A DNA stretch of 49,842 nt from a bacterium (GCA_043824255.1 JBDRTG010000008.1:1-49842), one strand, 5' to 3'; positions 30,511 through 39,299 are shown, counted from the first letter of the stretch. Program-made: numbers and translations. The notes: generated by a model not told the origin, from the letters alone.

Positions 30511-31338
30511 ATGATAAAATGGATTAAAAGAATGAAGGGGTTTACGCTTTTGGAGCTTTTGGTTGTAACAGCCATAATCGCTATGCTCTCATCAATCCTC
30601 CTTCCTGCGCTTTCAAAGGCAAGGGAAAAAGGGAGGCAGACCGTATGTATTTCCAACTTGAAAGAAATTTTTCTGGCAATAGAGATGTATAAAAATGATA
30701 ATGATGGATATTATCCTCTATGTTCTGACTGTACTAACTATGTCAGCGGTTTGAGTAAGGGAGATCCCTATCCAAGTGGACCACAAATATTCTGGACAGG
30801 AGCACAGTACACAGCAGAAGGAGAGCTTGATTTTACAGGTAGTCCTATCTATTCCTATCTAAAAATGGGTGAAATTAAAACATGCCCCAATTTTAAACAG
30901 TTTAGTAAAACAGCATATCAACCTGCAAGTGGAGGTTACGGATACAATAAACAGTTTGTTGGAGGTAATCTAGGAAGTAGTCAGTGGTTCTACAAACAAC
31001 ATAAAGATTCGGACATAAAGAATCCTTCCGAAACTGTTATTTTATCTGATACTGCAGGAATTAGAAGCGGAGCGATTGTGGAAAATTACGATCTAAGCGC
31101 CCCATATTACAAAACTATAGGTGGTGTTAGTTGGAATCAACTTTCTCCATCTATGCATTTCAGGCATAACGGTTTGGCAAATGTTGTATGGTGTGATGGG
31201 CATATCACCGGCGAGAGGATGTCCTATTCGCGAACTATGTATGGCAGGGATTATGAATCAGTTAATATAGGCTGGATTGGGGAGGATAGCACTGACCCAG
31301 CAGTTGCAAATAAACTCTATGGACATCATGAACCGTAA
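30511..31338 (+). CDS. Prepilin-type N-terminal cleavage/methylation protein with H-X9-DG domain (DUF1559-like)
   Basis: KG|FTLLELLVV.AIIA.L..ILLPALSKARE.....C.SNLK; RHNGLANVVWCDGH. Confidence 0.95.
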   Translation: MIKWIKRMKGFTLLELLVVTAIIAMLSSILLPALSKAREKGRQTVCISNLKEIFLAIEMYKNDNDGYYPLCSDCTNYVSGLSKGDPYPSGPQIFWTGAQYTAEGELDFTGSPIYSYLKMGEIKTCPNFKQFSKTAYQPASGGYGYNKQFVGGNLGSSQWFYKQHKDSDIKNPSETVILSDTAGIRSGAIVENYDLSAPYYKTIGGVSWNQLSPSMHFRHNGLANVVWCDGHITGERMSYSRTMYGRDYESVNIGWIGEDSTDPAVANKLYGHHEP

Positions 31339-31352
31339 CAAAATAAATATCT

Positions 31353-31964
31353 ATGAATAGCGAAGAAAAAAGAAAGCACAGAAGATTTCCTCTGGAAAAG
31401 ACGAAAGTGGAATTGGGTAAAGAGGTTGCTGCTCTGCAGGATTTTTCCAGACGTGGCATATGTGTGCGGTTGAGAGACATTCTTAACTTAGGTGAAAGAA
31501 TAAATCTCAAGATACATCTTCATAAGGCAAGTAAACCTCTGGTGTTTAAAGGAGAGGTTAAGTGGACTAAGCGAACAGGTTTTGGTTCTAAAGCAGGTAT
31601 TAAACTCTTACAGGGAGATAATAAATCTATAGAATCCATCAAAAAGTTATATCAGCGTTTTGAAAATCCTGTATGGAGAAGGGTACCAGCTTATTACCTG
31701 CCAATAGCGCTTAGTATAGCACTGATAATATTGGTTGGTGTTCTGGGCGGTCCAAAAATAAAAAATATTACTTATGCAAGGACTGTCAGCAAATACGCCA
31801 CAGAAAAACTAAAATGTCCAATGTGCGGACATATATCTTACAGCACTGAATATGCGTTTCTGGATATCCCAGAAGAAATGAACCCAAAGCAAATAGTAAT
31901 CTGCCCAAAATGCCATAAACAAATTTCTTATTATGACCTTGAAGTTGTCTGGCAGAAGAAATAA
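31353..31964 (+). CDS. PilZ domain - TM helix - CxxC...CxxC domain protein
   Basis: RKHRR and DFSRRG c-di-GMP motifs; one hydrophobic helix; CPMC and CPKC. Confidence 0.8.
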   Translation: MNSEEKRKHRRFPLEKTKVELGKEVAALQDFSRRGICVRLRDILNLGERINLKIHLHKASKPLVFKGEVKWTKRTGFGSKAGIKLLQGDNKSIESIKKLYQRFENPVWRRVPAYYLPIALSIALIILVGVLGGPKIKNITYARTVSKYATEKLKCPMCGHISYSTEYAFLDIPEEMNPKQIVICPKCHKQISYYDLEVVWQKK

Positions 31965-32848
31965 TGGAAAAGAAATTCCTTCCAATTATTTTTTTGGTCT
32001 TATTGCTTTTTCTTATAGGCGCTACAAGCGCTTATACTCTCTCTTCAAAAGATGATTATCTCTGGATTGAGTATGAAAAGCAGATTAAAGAGAAGAATGG
32101 ATCTGTAACACAACCTCTGTCCATCCATTATGGAAGATTTCCGGACAAGAAGGGAGATGTCTCAGACCTAGAAGATGTAAAAGTATTTTATACACTGAAT
32201 AAGGAAGATGAGAATGGAGAAAATATCTTCTATGGAGCGGATATAGAAAAAGATAAAAAAACATCCTTTGTTAGAATCAATTCATTGAAAACAAATTGTG
32301 TTACAGTCATTGTAAAGGGAAAGAGGAGTTCTGGAGAAATGGAATATAATTATCTTGCAAAAGCGTCCTTCTTTCTCTTTGGACATTCTCCATTCAAAGA
32401 GAAAGAGATAGAACCTGTTTTATCTGATGAGATTGGCAATCGGCTTGAGATATGTATTGCTCCTGAACATTCATACTGGCCCCAGACAGGAGACCATGTT
32501 AAATTGGCACCTTTATTTGATAAAAATCCATTAGGTAAAAAAAAGATACATATAGCTGATGAGAATAAAAATCCTATAGATGTAGAGACCAATGACGAAG
32601 GGAATTTTGTTTATATATCGTCTGATGATAAAAAATTAAGGCAAAAAGGATTAACGGCATACAAACAGACTGTAATATTAGCAGAGGAAACGGAAGGAAA
32701 TATAACTTATAAATCTTCATATACGCTTTTATTCCATCGTTCAAGGTTTGGAAATAGAAATCTTATTCTTGGCAGTAGTATTTTCGCAGGAACAATGGCT
32801 GTTACATTCGTTATTATTGCTATAAGAAGGAGAAAGTTCAGGGTATGA
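31964..32848 (+). CDS. Secreted protein with C-terminal membrane anchor (possibly DUF4198/CbiL-NikL-like)
   Basis: Signal peptide; LEI.., TG..V, ETN.EG.F.Y, Y..SYTL; terminal TM followed by RRRK. Confidence 0.6.
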   Translation: MEKKFLPIIFLVLLLFLIGATSAYTLSSKDDYLWIEYEKQIKEKNGSVTQPLSIHYGRFPDKKGDVSDLEDVKVFYTLNKEDENGENIFYGADIEKDKKTSFVRINSLKTNCVTVIVKGKRSSGEMEYNYLAKASFFLFGHSPFKEKEIEPVLSDEIGNRLEICIAPEHSYWPQTGDHVKLAPLFDKNPLGKKKIHIADENKNPIDVETNDEGNFVYISSDDKKLRQKGLTAYKQTVILAEETEGNITYKSSYTLLFHRSRFGNRNLILGSSIFAGTMAVTFVIIAIRRRKFRV

Positions 32849-33786
32849 GGGTTTACAGGTTGCGTTTTTTAATTCAGATCATAAGTTTTTTCCTGTTAAC
32901 CTATGCTGCTTATCTTGGCATAAACCTGAAGTTAGGGAATTTTCTTCCTGTATTTTCCTGCCCTTATATAGGTAGATTCTCAGGAGCCTGCTATTTAATG
33001 GTTCTTCAGCGTTCTCAATGCGGCATGGAAATACCTTTTTATCTCTATTTTAGCATGTATGGTCTGAAATTTTTGAAGATGTTTCTTGGGTTTTTCATAC
33101 TGGTTATTCTGTTAAACAAGACTTGGTGTGGATGGATATGTCCCTTTGGTACTTTGCAGGACTGGATTACATGGTTAAGGAAAAAACTTTCAATTAGAGA
33201 GTCACAATTTTCATGGAGATTAAGAGATAAATTAAAACCAATTAAGTATATATTTCTTGTGTATCTTGTAATTGTCCCTGTTCTTATCGGGAACGCCGGT
33301 CTTCACGGAGATTTCACACTTCCCTTTTGTCAAATATGCCCGGCTAAGCCATTAATGCCTCTATTTGTGGGAGATTTTTCTAAGTTTGCAATTGACCCTA
33401 CCAATCCAGTAACTATTACCATGACTGTATTGTCTATGGTTCTGACCGGGAGTATTTTAATAGGAATGATTTTTAAGGATCGTTTTTTTTGTATGTTCTG
33501 TCCTCTGCTTGCTCTTATAAGCCTTTTTGACAACATTGGATTCATTCAACTTAGGAAAAAGGTGGATGCATGTACTGGCTGTGGCAATTGTCAACGAGTA
33601 TGTCCGGTTAATATAAGAGAGGTGCATTTGGAGAAAGAAAAAGAGAATGTGCTTACTCAAGACTGCATGGAGTGTTTTAAATGTGTGGAAGCCTGTCCGC
33701 AGGATAACGCGCTCTATGTTAAGTTCTTGAAATGGAAGCTTTTTTCTTCCTCAAGAAAATATGTCGGCAAATTATTTGGGAGGTAA
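32845..33786 (+). CDS. Membrane 4Fe-4S protein (NapH/MauN/YccM family)
   Basis: Three C-x3-CP motifs in the TM region plus two CxxCxxCxxxCP ferredoxin motifs. Confidence 0.92.
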   Translation: MRVYRLRFLIQIISFFLLTYAAYLGINLKLGNFLPVFSCPYIGRFSGACYLMVLQRSQCGMEIPFYLYFSMYGLKFLKMFLGFFILVILLNKTWCGWICPFGTLQDWITWLRKKLSIRESQFSWRLRDKLKPIKYIFLVYLVIVPVLIGNAGLHGDFTLPFCQICPAKPLMPLFVGDFSKFAIDPTNPVTITMTVLSMVLTGSILIGMIFKDRFFCMFCPLLALISLFDNIGFIQLRKKVDACTGCGNCQRVCPVNIREVHLEKEKENVLTQDCMECFKCVEACPQDNALYVKFLKWKLFSSSRKYVGKLFGR

Positions 33787-33789
33787 TCC

Positions 33790-35001
33790 ATGGAAGAGCG
33801 GTTACTGCTAAAGGTAAAGAAAGACGTACAGCATGAGTACGATACTGAACTTACGTCTCTTAGGGAAAGGGATGATTTTTCTTCAGAGTTTGAATATTTT
33901 CTTGAGATCCTTTCCTTGGGTATTTATCCGCAAAAATTTAAGGAGAGATTTAATAAGCCTCTTGCTGGTCTTTACTGCGTACAGGTTCCTCTGGAACTCT
34001 TTGACGCTCTTGGGTTTCATCCATTCAGGCTGTGCAGCGGCTCACTGGCTATTCAAAGGCTTTCTTCAGGTCGTGTTCCATCTTTGACATGTCCTATTAT
34101 AAAATCGTGTCTCAGTTCCTTTTATCTGGACGAATCTATGGAGAAACTCTGCGATTTAATAGTTATACCTACCACCTGCGACTGGAACGCCAAGCTGCCT
34201 GAAATAATAGGAGATAAAGCCAATTCCATACACATCATGGAATTGCCGCATATCAAAGAAAGTGAAAGAGGTAGAGAAAGGTGGATACAAGAAGTATATG
34301 AGCTAAAGAAAGTCCTTGAAGCTCATGTAGGCAAGCGGCTTAACCGCCGCCAACTTCGTTTATCCATAAAGAAATACGTAAATGCGTGGCGAGTATTGGG
34401 ACAGTTGATTGAGCTAAGGCGAAAGAGAGCTATTTCCGGCACATGGAGTATTGTTCTGATGAATGCTTTTATGCTGGACGATATTGAATCATGGACAGAA
34501 AAGATTAAACAGGTTCTCAAGAATTATAACATGCCCAAAAAGAAAAATAATCCCGATGTGTTTCTTACAGGCTCCCCTGTTTTCTTTCCAAATCTGAAAA
34601 TTTCGGAGCTGATTGAGGAAGCGGGAATGTTTATCGCCGGAGATGAATTATGCACTTCTGAGAGAAATTTGACTGGCGCAACGATTTGTGATGATTATTC
34701 AGAGCACGGCATTCTCAAGACGCTGGCAGAGAGATATCAACTTTCCTGTAGTTGCCCAAGTTTTGCAGACAACTACAGACGGGCAAAGAATATTCTGGAT
34801 ACAATGCGCATCCATAACATAAAAGGTGTAATCTATCATATTTTAAAAGGATGCCATCCATATGATATAGAAAGTTTTTATTTTGAGAAAATGATTAAAG
34901 AAAATGGATTCCACTTTATAAAAATAGAGACGGATTATTCACATGAAGACAGACAAAATATTCTTATCAGGCTGGAAGCTTTCAGAGAAACACTTTGTTG
35001 A
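33790..35001 (+). CDS. 2-hydroxyacyl-CoA dehydratase (HGD-D) family protein, double-cubane-cluster-like
   Basis: GLYC, RLCSG, CPIIKS, TTCD, DELCTS, CSC, GCHPY, IETDYS..Q...RLEAF. Confidence 0.88.
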   Translation: MEERLLLKVKKDVQHEYDTELTSLRERDDFSSEFEYFLEILSLGIYPQKFKERFNKPLAGLYCVQVPLELFDALGFHPFRLCSGSLAIQRLSSGRVPSLTCPIIKSCLSSFYLDESMEKLCDLIVIPTTCDWNAKLPEIIGDKANSIHIMELPHIKESERGRERWIQEVYELKKVLEAHVGKRLNRRQLRLSIKKYVNAWRVLGQLIELRRKRAISGTWSIVLMNAFMLDDIESWTEKIKQVLKNYNMPKKKNNPDVFLTGSPVFFPNLKISELIEEAGMFIAGDELCTSERNLTGATICDDYSEHGILKTLAERYQLSCSCPSFADNYRRAKNILDTMRIHNIKGVIYHILKGCHPYDIESFYFEKMIKENGFHFIKIETDYSHEDRQNILIRLEAFRETLC

Positions 35002-35010
35002 AAGGAGCGC

Positions 35011-35787
35011 ATGATAACAGCTGGGATTGACTTAGGAACAGCAGCTATAAAGGTTGTTTTTATTGATAAATGCAATTTACTCTGGGCAAAAGCGCTTCCC
35101 ACAATGCCACAGTATGTTGAGATTTCCGAAAGGCTTTTAAAAAAAGGATTAGAATCTCTTTCAATTCGGGAAAAAGACCTTGCAGGTATAGCAGCAACAG
35201 GCTATGGCAAACGTCTTTTCCCTAATGCAGGAAGAATGGTAGATGAAATTTCTGCTAACGCTGTCGGAGCTTATATCTTGAGTGATAAGACAGCAAGGAC
35301 TGTTATCAATATAGGTGGACAGGATGTTAAAATTATTAAGCTCTCTCCTGACGGAAAAGTTATAGATTTTAAAATGAACGATAAGTGCGCGGCTGGAACA
35401 GGTCGATTCTTCGAAATGGCTGAAAAGATACTGAATATTCCTGTTCGGGAATTTGGCAAGTTAGGGCTTCTCAGTCAGTCGCCGGCTCATATCAATAGTA
35501 CTTGCACTGTTTTTGCTGAAAGTGAGATAATGTCTCTCTTGTCTGTGGAGACAAATACTCATGATATTATAGCCGGGCTTCATAAATCAGTTGCCAGAAA
35601 AGTCTGTAATCTTGCAGCAAGCTTATATTTAGAAGAGGAAATCTATCTGGATGGGGGAGCAGGGACAAACAATGGCCTGCTCTCGGCTATAAAAGAGGAA
35701 CTTATGAGAAATATTAAGATCTTTCCCAGACCTCAATTTACAGTGGCATTTGGCGCTGCAGCAATTTTATCTCAAGAAAATGGTTGA
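35011..35787 (+). CDS. ATP-dependent activator/reductase (HgdC, BcrAD_BadFG ASKHA family)
   Basis: GIDLGT, ATGYG, IGGQD.K, MNDKCAAGTGRF, STCTVFAESE. Confidence 0.94.
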   Translation: MITAGIDLGTAAIKVVFIDKCNLLWAKALPTMPQYVEISERLLKKGLESLSIREKDLAGIAATGYGKRLFPNAGRMVDEISANAVGAYILSDKTARTVINIGGQDVKIIKLSPDGKVIDFKMNDKCAAGTGRFFEMAEKILNIPVREFGKLGLLSQSPAHINSTCTVFAESEIMSLLSVETNTHDIIAGLHKSVARKVCNLAASLYLEEEIYLDGGAGTNNGLLSAIKEELMRNIKIFPRPQFTVAFGAAAILSQENG

Positions 35788-35793
35788 AGAAAT

Positions 35794-35952
35794 ATGTGTA
35801 TTTTGATAAGTCTTCTTACTAAAGGGAAAATAGGTAGTTGCGCAGGGGTATGTCCGTTATGTCCTTATTCTAGTAGTCTCGTGATCCTTTTTGCTGGTTT
35901 AATTTGGAATTTTGTGCAGGGCATGTTGTCCAAACGAAGAAAGGAAAAGTGA
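35794..35952 (+). CDS. Small Cys-rich membrane protein (52 aa), absent from the ORF track
   Basis: MCILISLLTKGKIGSCAGVCPLCPYSSSLVILFAGLIWNFVQGMLSKRRKEK; fills the gap and its TGA overlaps the next GTG start. Confidence 0.65.
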   Translation: MCILISLLTKGKIGSCAGVCPLCPYSSSLVILFAGLIWNFVQGMLSKRRKEK

Positions 35953-36596
35953 AAGCATTCGTTTCCTGGAGCGGAGGAAAAGATAGCTGTCTTTCCTGTT
36001 ATGAGGCAGCGCAGAGTAAAGATATAGAGGTTTCTTATTTGTTAAATATGGTCTCAGAAGATGGCAAAAGCTCTCGTTCGCACGGAATTAGCTCGGATTT
36101 ATTGAGACTGCAAGCAGAGGCAATCGGAATTCCTATCATTCAAAAGGCTGTTGGGAAAAGTTATGAGGAAGAATTCAAAAAAGCCATTACTGTTCTTAAA
36201 GATAGAGATGTTCAGGCTGGTGTATTTGGAGATATTGATGTTCAGGAGCATAGGGGTTGGATAGAAAGAGTTTGTAAAGAGTTGCAGATCAAACCGCTAT
36301 TCCCTTTATGGAAGAGAAAAAGAAAGAAAATTATGGAGGAATTTATAGAAACTGGTTTCAAGGCAATTATTGTTGCTACTAATTCTGAGTTTCTGGGGGA
36401 AGGTTGGTTGGGAAGAAGACTAGATAAGGAAGTTGTGAAAGATATTGAGAGATTGGGCAATATGGATATTTGTGGAGAAAATGGAGAATATCATACATTT
36501 GTCTATGACGGGCCTATTTTTAGAAAACAGGTGAGGTTTGTGAAAGGCAAGAAAATATTAAGAGAAAAAAACTGGTTTTTAGAACTTATCCAATAA
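35949..36596 (+). CDS. Diphthine-ammonia ligase / DUF71 family PP-loop ATPase
   Basis: SWSGGKDS, SHG, VFGDI, PLW, GENGEYHTFVYDGPIF; start set at GTG 35949. Confidence 0.93.
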   Translation: MKAFVSWSGGKDSCLSCYEAAQSKDIEVSYLLNMVSEDGKSSRSHGISSDLLRLQAEAIGIPIIQKAVGKSYEEEFKKAITVLKDRDVQAGVFGDIDVQEHRGWIERVCKELQIKPLFPLWKRKRKKIMEEFIETGFKAIIVATNSEFLGEGWLGRRLDKEVVKDIERLGNMDICGENGEYHTFVYDGPIFRKQVRFVKGKKILREKNWFLELIQ

Positions 36597-37465
36597 TGAA
36601 AAATTCAAAATTCAAAATTCAAAATTCAAAGTTATTGCCATACTACTTTTTCACAATTTTTGCTCTTTTGTATGTCGGCTCTGCAACTCATGCGGAGAAT
36701 AATTTCCCTCAAAGGATAATTTCATTAGGTCCTTCTTTGACCAGAGAACTTTATCTTTTGGGAGTAGAAGATAGGCTGGTTGGAAACACTTTATACTGCA
36801 GGCAGCCTCCTGAAGCGCAAAAGAAAGAAAAGGTTGGGACAGTAACAAAAGCAAATTTAGAAAAGGTTATGATTCTTAGACCGGACTTAGTACTGGCCAG
36901 CTCCTTGACTAATTCTGAGCAGGTAGAGAAATTGAAAAATCTTGGAATAAGGGTAATTACTTTTTCTACTGCAGGAAGTTTCTCCCAAATTTGCGATCAG
37001 TTCTTAGAACTAGGAAGAATTGTTGGCAAAGAAAAGGAAGCAGAGAGAATTCTCAGTCAAGCTAGAAAGAAGGTGGAGTCTATTAATGAGAGAGTCAAAG
37101 GTCTACCAAATCCTAAAGTCTTTGTTCAGGTGGGAGCAAAACCTTTATTTACAGTAACGAGCGATTCTTTTGTTAATGAGTTTATAAAGTTTGCTGGCGG
37201 GATAAATATTGCTTCTGGGGCAAAAATAGGTCTTTACAGCAGGGAAAAGGTTCTTGAGCAAAATCCGGATGTAATAATTATTGTGACCATGGGCATCGTC
37301 GGAGAAGAGGAAAAGAAAATCTGGCAAAAATATAAGACGTTAAATGCAGCGAAGAATGGTAGAATTTATATTATTGATTCCTATAAAGTTTGCAGCCCTA
37401 CACCAGTAAGTTTCGTTGAGGTATTAGAAGAAATAGTTGGATTGATCCACGCGAAGGATGAATAA
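36596..37465 (+). CDS. btuF: Cobalamin ABC transporter substrate-binding protein
   Basis: PQRIISL.PS.T..L..LG, PDLV, AGG.NI, NPDVII; B12 context. Confidence 0.85.
   Translation: MKNSKFKIQNSKLLPYYFFTIFALLYVGSATHAENNFPQRIISLGPSLTRELYLLGVEDRLVGNTLYCRQPPEAQKKEKVGTVTKANLEKVMILRPDLVLASSLTNSEQVEKLKNLGIRVITFSTAGSFSQICDQFLELGRIVGKEKEAERILSQARKKVESINERVKGLPNPKVFVQVGAKPLFTVTSDSFVNEFIKFAGGINIASGAKIGLYSREKVLEQNPDVIIIVTMGIVGEEEKKIWQKYKTLNAAKNGRIYIIDSYKVCSPTPVSFVEVLEEIVGLIHAKDE
36600..36627. repeat. Heptamer tandem repeat (AAAATTC)4 at the btuF 5' end
   Basis: Read directly; encodes KNSKFKIQNSK. Confidence 0.9.
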
Positions 37466-38484
37466 TGGATAGAAAACTAGTTCGCTGGCTTATCTGTATA
37501 TTAATTTTATGCGGGATTCTTCTTGGAGTAGGCGCTTTTTCATTGAGCGTTGGCTCAGCTGGTATACCTTTTAGAAAAATCATACCTTTAATTCTTGGAG
37601 GTAGAGGCACTACTGAATACAGCATCCTTTTTGATATACGTTTGCCTCGAATTATACTGGGCTTTGCGGTAGGAAGCGCCTTGAGTATTGCAGGTGTTAT
37701 CCTTCAAGGCATGTTTCGTAATCCCTTAGTTGAACCATATACTCTTGGAATTTCCGGTGGAGCAGCTCTGGGTGTGTGTTTAAATATCGTCTTAAGACTG
37801 AATAGAATAGGAGGAATCTTATCTATTCCTGCAAGTGGATTTCTAGGAGCGATCGTTGTAATCATGGTTGTTTACTCATTAAGCGCAAGAAGAGGCATAT
37901 TAAGAATTCATGGACTTCTTCTTACAGGGGTAATGATAAGTTTTATCTCCTCATCCCTAATTATGCTTATTATGGCTATATCTCGCACAGAGGACCTTCA
38001 TGGAATTATTTTCTGGATAATGGGCTCTTTAGAAGAGCCGAACTTGGTTCTCATAAAGGTAATAGTTTTAATATCTGTCTTGGGGTTGTTCATATCTTAC
38101 TTATTCGCTACAGAGCTTAATGCACTTGCTTTAGGAGAAGAAGAGGCTTTGCATTTAGGCATAAATACAGAAAAGACAAAGAGATTGCTGTTTATACTTG
38201 CTTCTTTACTCACAGGTTGTGCGGTTTCAGTTGCGGGAGTCATTGGCTTTGTTGGATTGGTTGTTCCGCATTTTATGCGTATGTTTGTTGGAGGGGATCA
38301 CCGCATACTTCTTATTACATCTGCTCTCGCAGGCGGGGTATTTCTTATACTTTGCGATACTTTAGCCAGAACAATTATTGCTCCTTTGGAACTTCCTGTG
38401 GGAGTGATTACAGGAATTGTGGGAGGAATAATTTTTGTCTATTTTCTTAGCAAAAAACAAGTTGTATTAGGAGGCGGAAATTAA
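37465..38484 (+). CDS. btuC: FecCD/BtuC family ABC permease
   Basis: IRLPR, FRNPLVEPY.LG.S.GA, LGEEEA.HLG, IGFVGL.VPH. Confidence 0.9.
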   Translation: MDRKLVRWLICILILCGILLGVGAFSLSVGSAGIPFRKIIPLILGGRGTTEYSILFDIRLPRIILGFAVGSALSIAGVILQGMFRNPLVEPYTLGISGGAALGVCLNIVLRLNRIGGILSIPASGFLGAIVVIMVVYSLSARRGILRIHGLLLTGVMISFISSSLIMLIMAISRTEDLHGIIFWIMGSLEEPNLVLIKVIVLISVLGLFISYLFATELNALALGEEEALHLGINTEKTKRLLFILASLLTGCAVSVAGVIGFVGLVVPHFMRMFVGGDHRILLITSALAGGVFLILCDTLARTIIAPLELPVGVITGIVGGIIFVYFLSKKQVVLGGGN

Positions 38485-39284
38485 TGCTTGAAGTAAAAGA
38501 TCTAACCTGTGGATATGACTCAAAATTTGTACTAAGCCGGATTAATTTCAGAATAGAAAATGGAGGGCTCTGGGGTATAATTGGCCCTAATGGCTCAGGA
38601 AAAACAACTTTACTTAAGGCAATAACCAAAATACTTAAACTGCGGAAAGGCGAGGTTCTTTTTGAAGGAAAGGATATATTGAAATTCGGATTTAGAGAAT
38701 TCGCAAAACAAGTAGCTTTTGTATCTCAGAGTTCTGAGATAGGATATAATATGACCATAGAAGAATTCGTTCTTCTGGGGAGGATCCCTTATCGCAGGCA
38801 GTTTCAATTTTTGGAAAGCAAACACGATGAGGAGATTGCTGAAGAAGCAATGATTTTAACGGATACTATCAGGTTTAAGAACAGGCTTATAGGAGAGTTA
38901 AGCGGTGGAGAAAGACAGCTTGCAGTTATTGCCCGCGCCCTTGCTCAGGAGCCGAGACTACTTCTTTTAGATGAACCTACTGCTCATTTAGATATAACAC
39001 ATCAAATTAGAGTTTTAGATCTTGTAAGAAGGTTAAATAGGCAAAAGGGACTTACTGTCATTGTGGTTTTGCACGACCTTAATTTGGCAAGCGAATATTG
39101 CGATAGATTAATTCTTCTTAACAATGGACTTATTCACAAAGTTGGCACACCACAGGAAGTATTAACATATCAGATTATTGAGGATGTTTACAACACGACA
39201 GTAGTAGTTGAAAAAAATCCTATTTCTTCTAAGCCATACATACTGGTGGTTTCAGAAGAAGAAAAGGCTAAAGTTCTACAGTAG
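38484..39284 (+). CDS. btuD: ABC transporter ATP-binding protein
   Basis: GPNGSGKT, LSGGERQ, LLLDEPT.HLD, HDLNLA. Confidence 0.9.
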   Translation: MLEVKDLTCGYDSKFVLSRINFRIENGGLWGIIGPNGSGKTTLLKAITKILKLRKGEVLFEGKDILKFGFREFAKQVAFVSQSSEIGYNMTIEEFVLLGRIPYRRQFQFLESKHDEEIAEEAMILTDTIRFKNRLIGELSGGERQLAVIARALAQEPRLLLLDEPTAHLDITHQIRVLDLVRRLNRQKGLTVIVVLHDLNLASEYCDRLILLNNGLIHKVGTPQEVLTYQIIEDVYNTTVVVEKNPISSKPYILVVSEEEKAKVLQ

Positions 39285-39299
39285 AATATTAGGAGACAC

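Noticed and set aside
33790..35787. Canonical amino-acid fermentation dehydratase (HgdABC/HadBCI) or benzoyl-CoA reductase
   Set aside because: Only one dehydratase-family subunit and none of the usual pathway partners are present. Not excluded, but the context argues against it.
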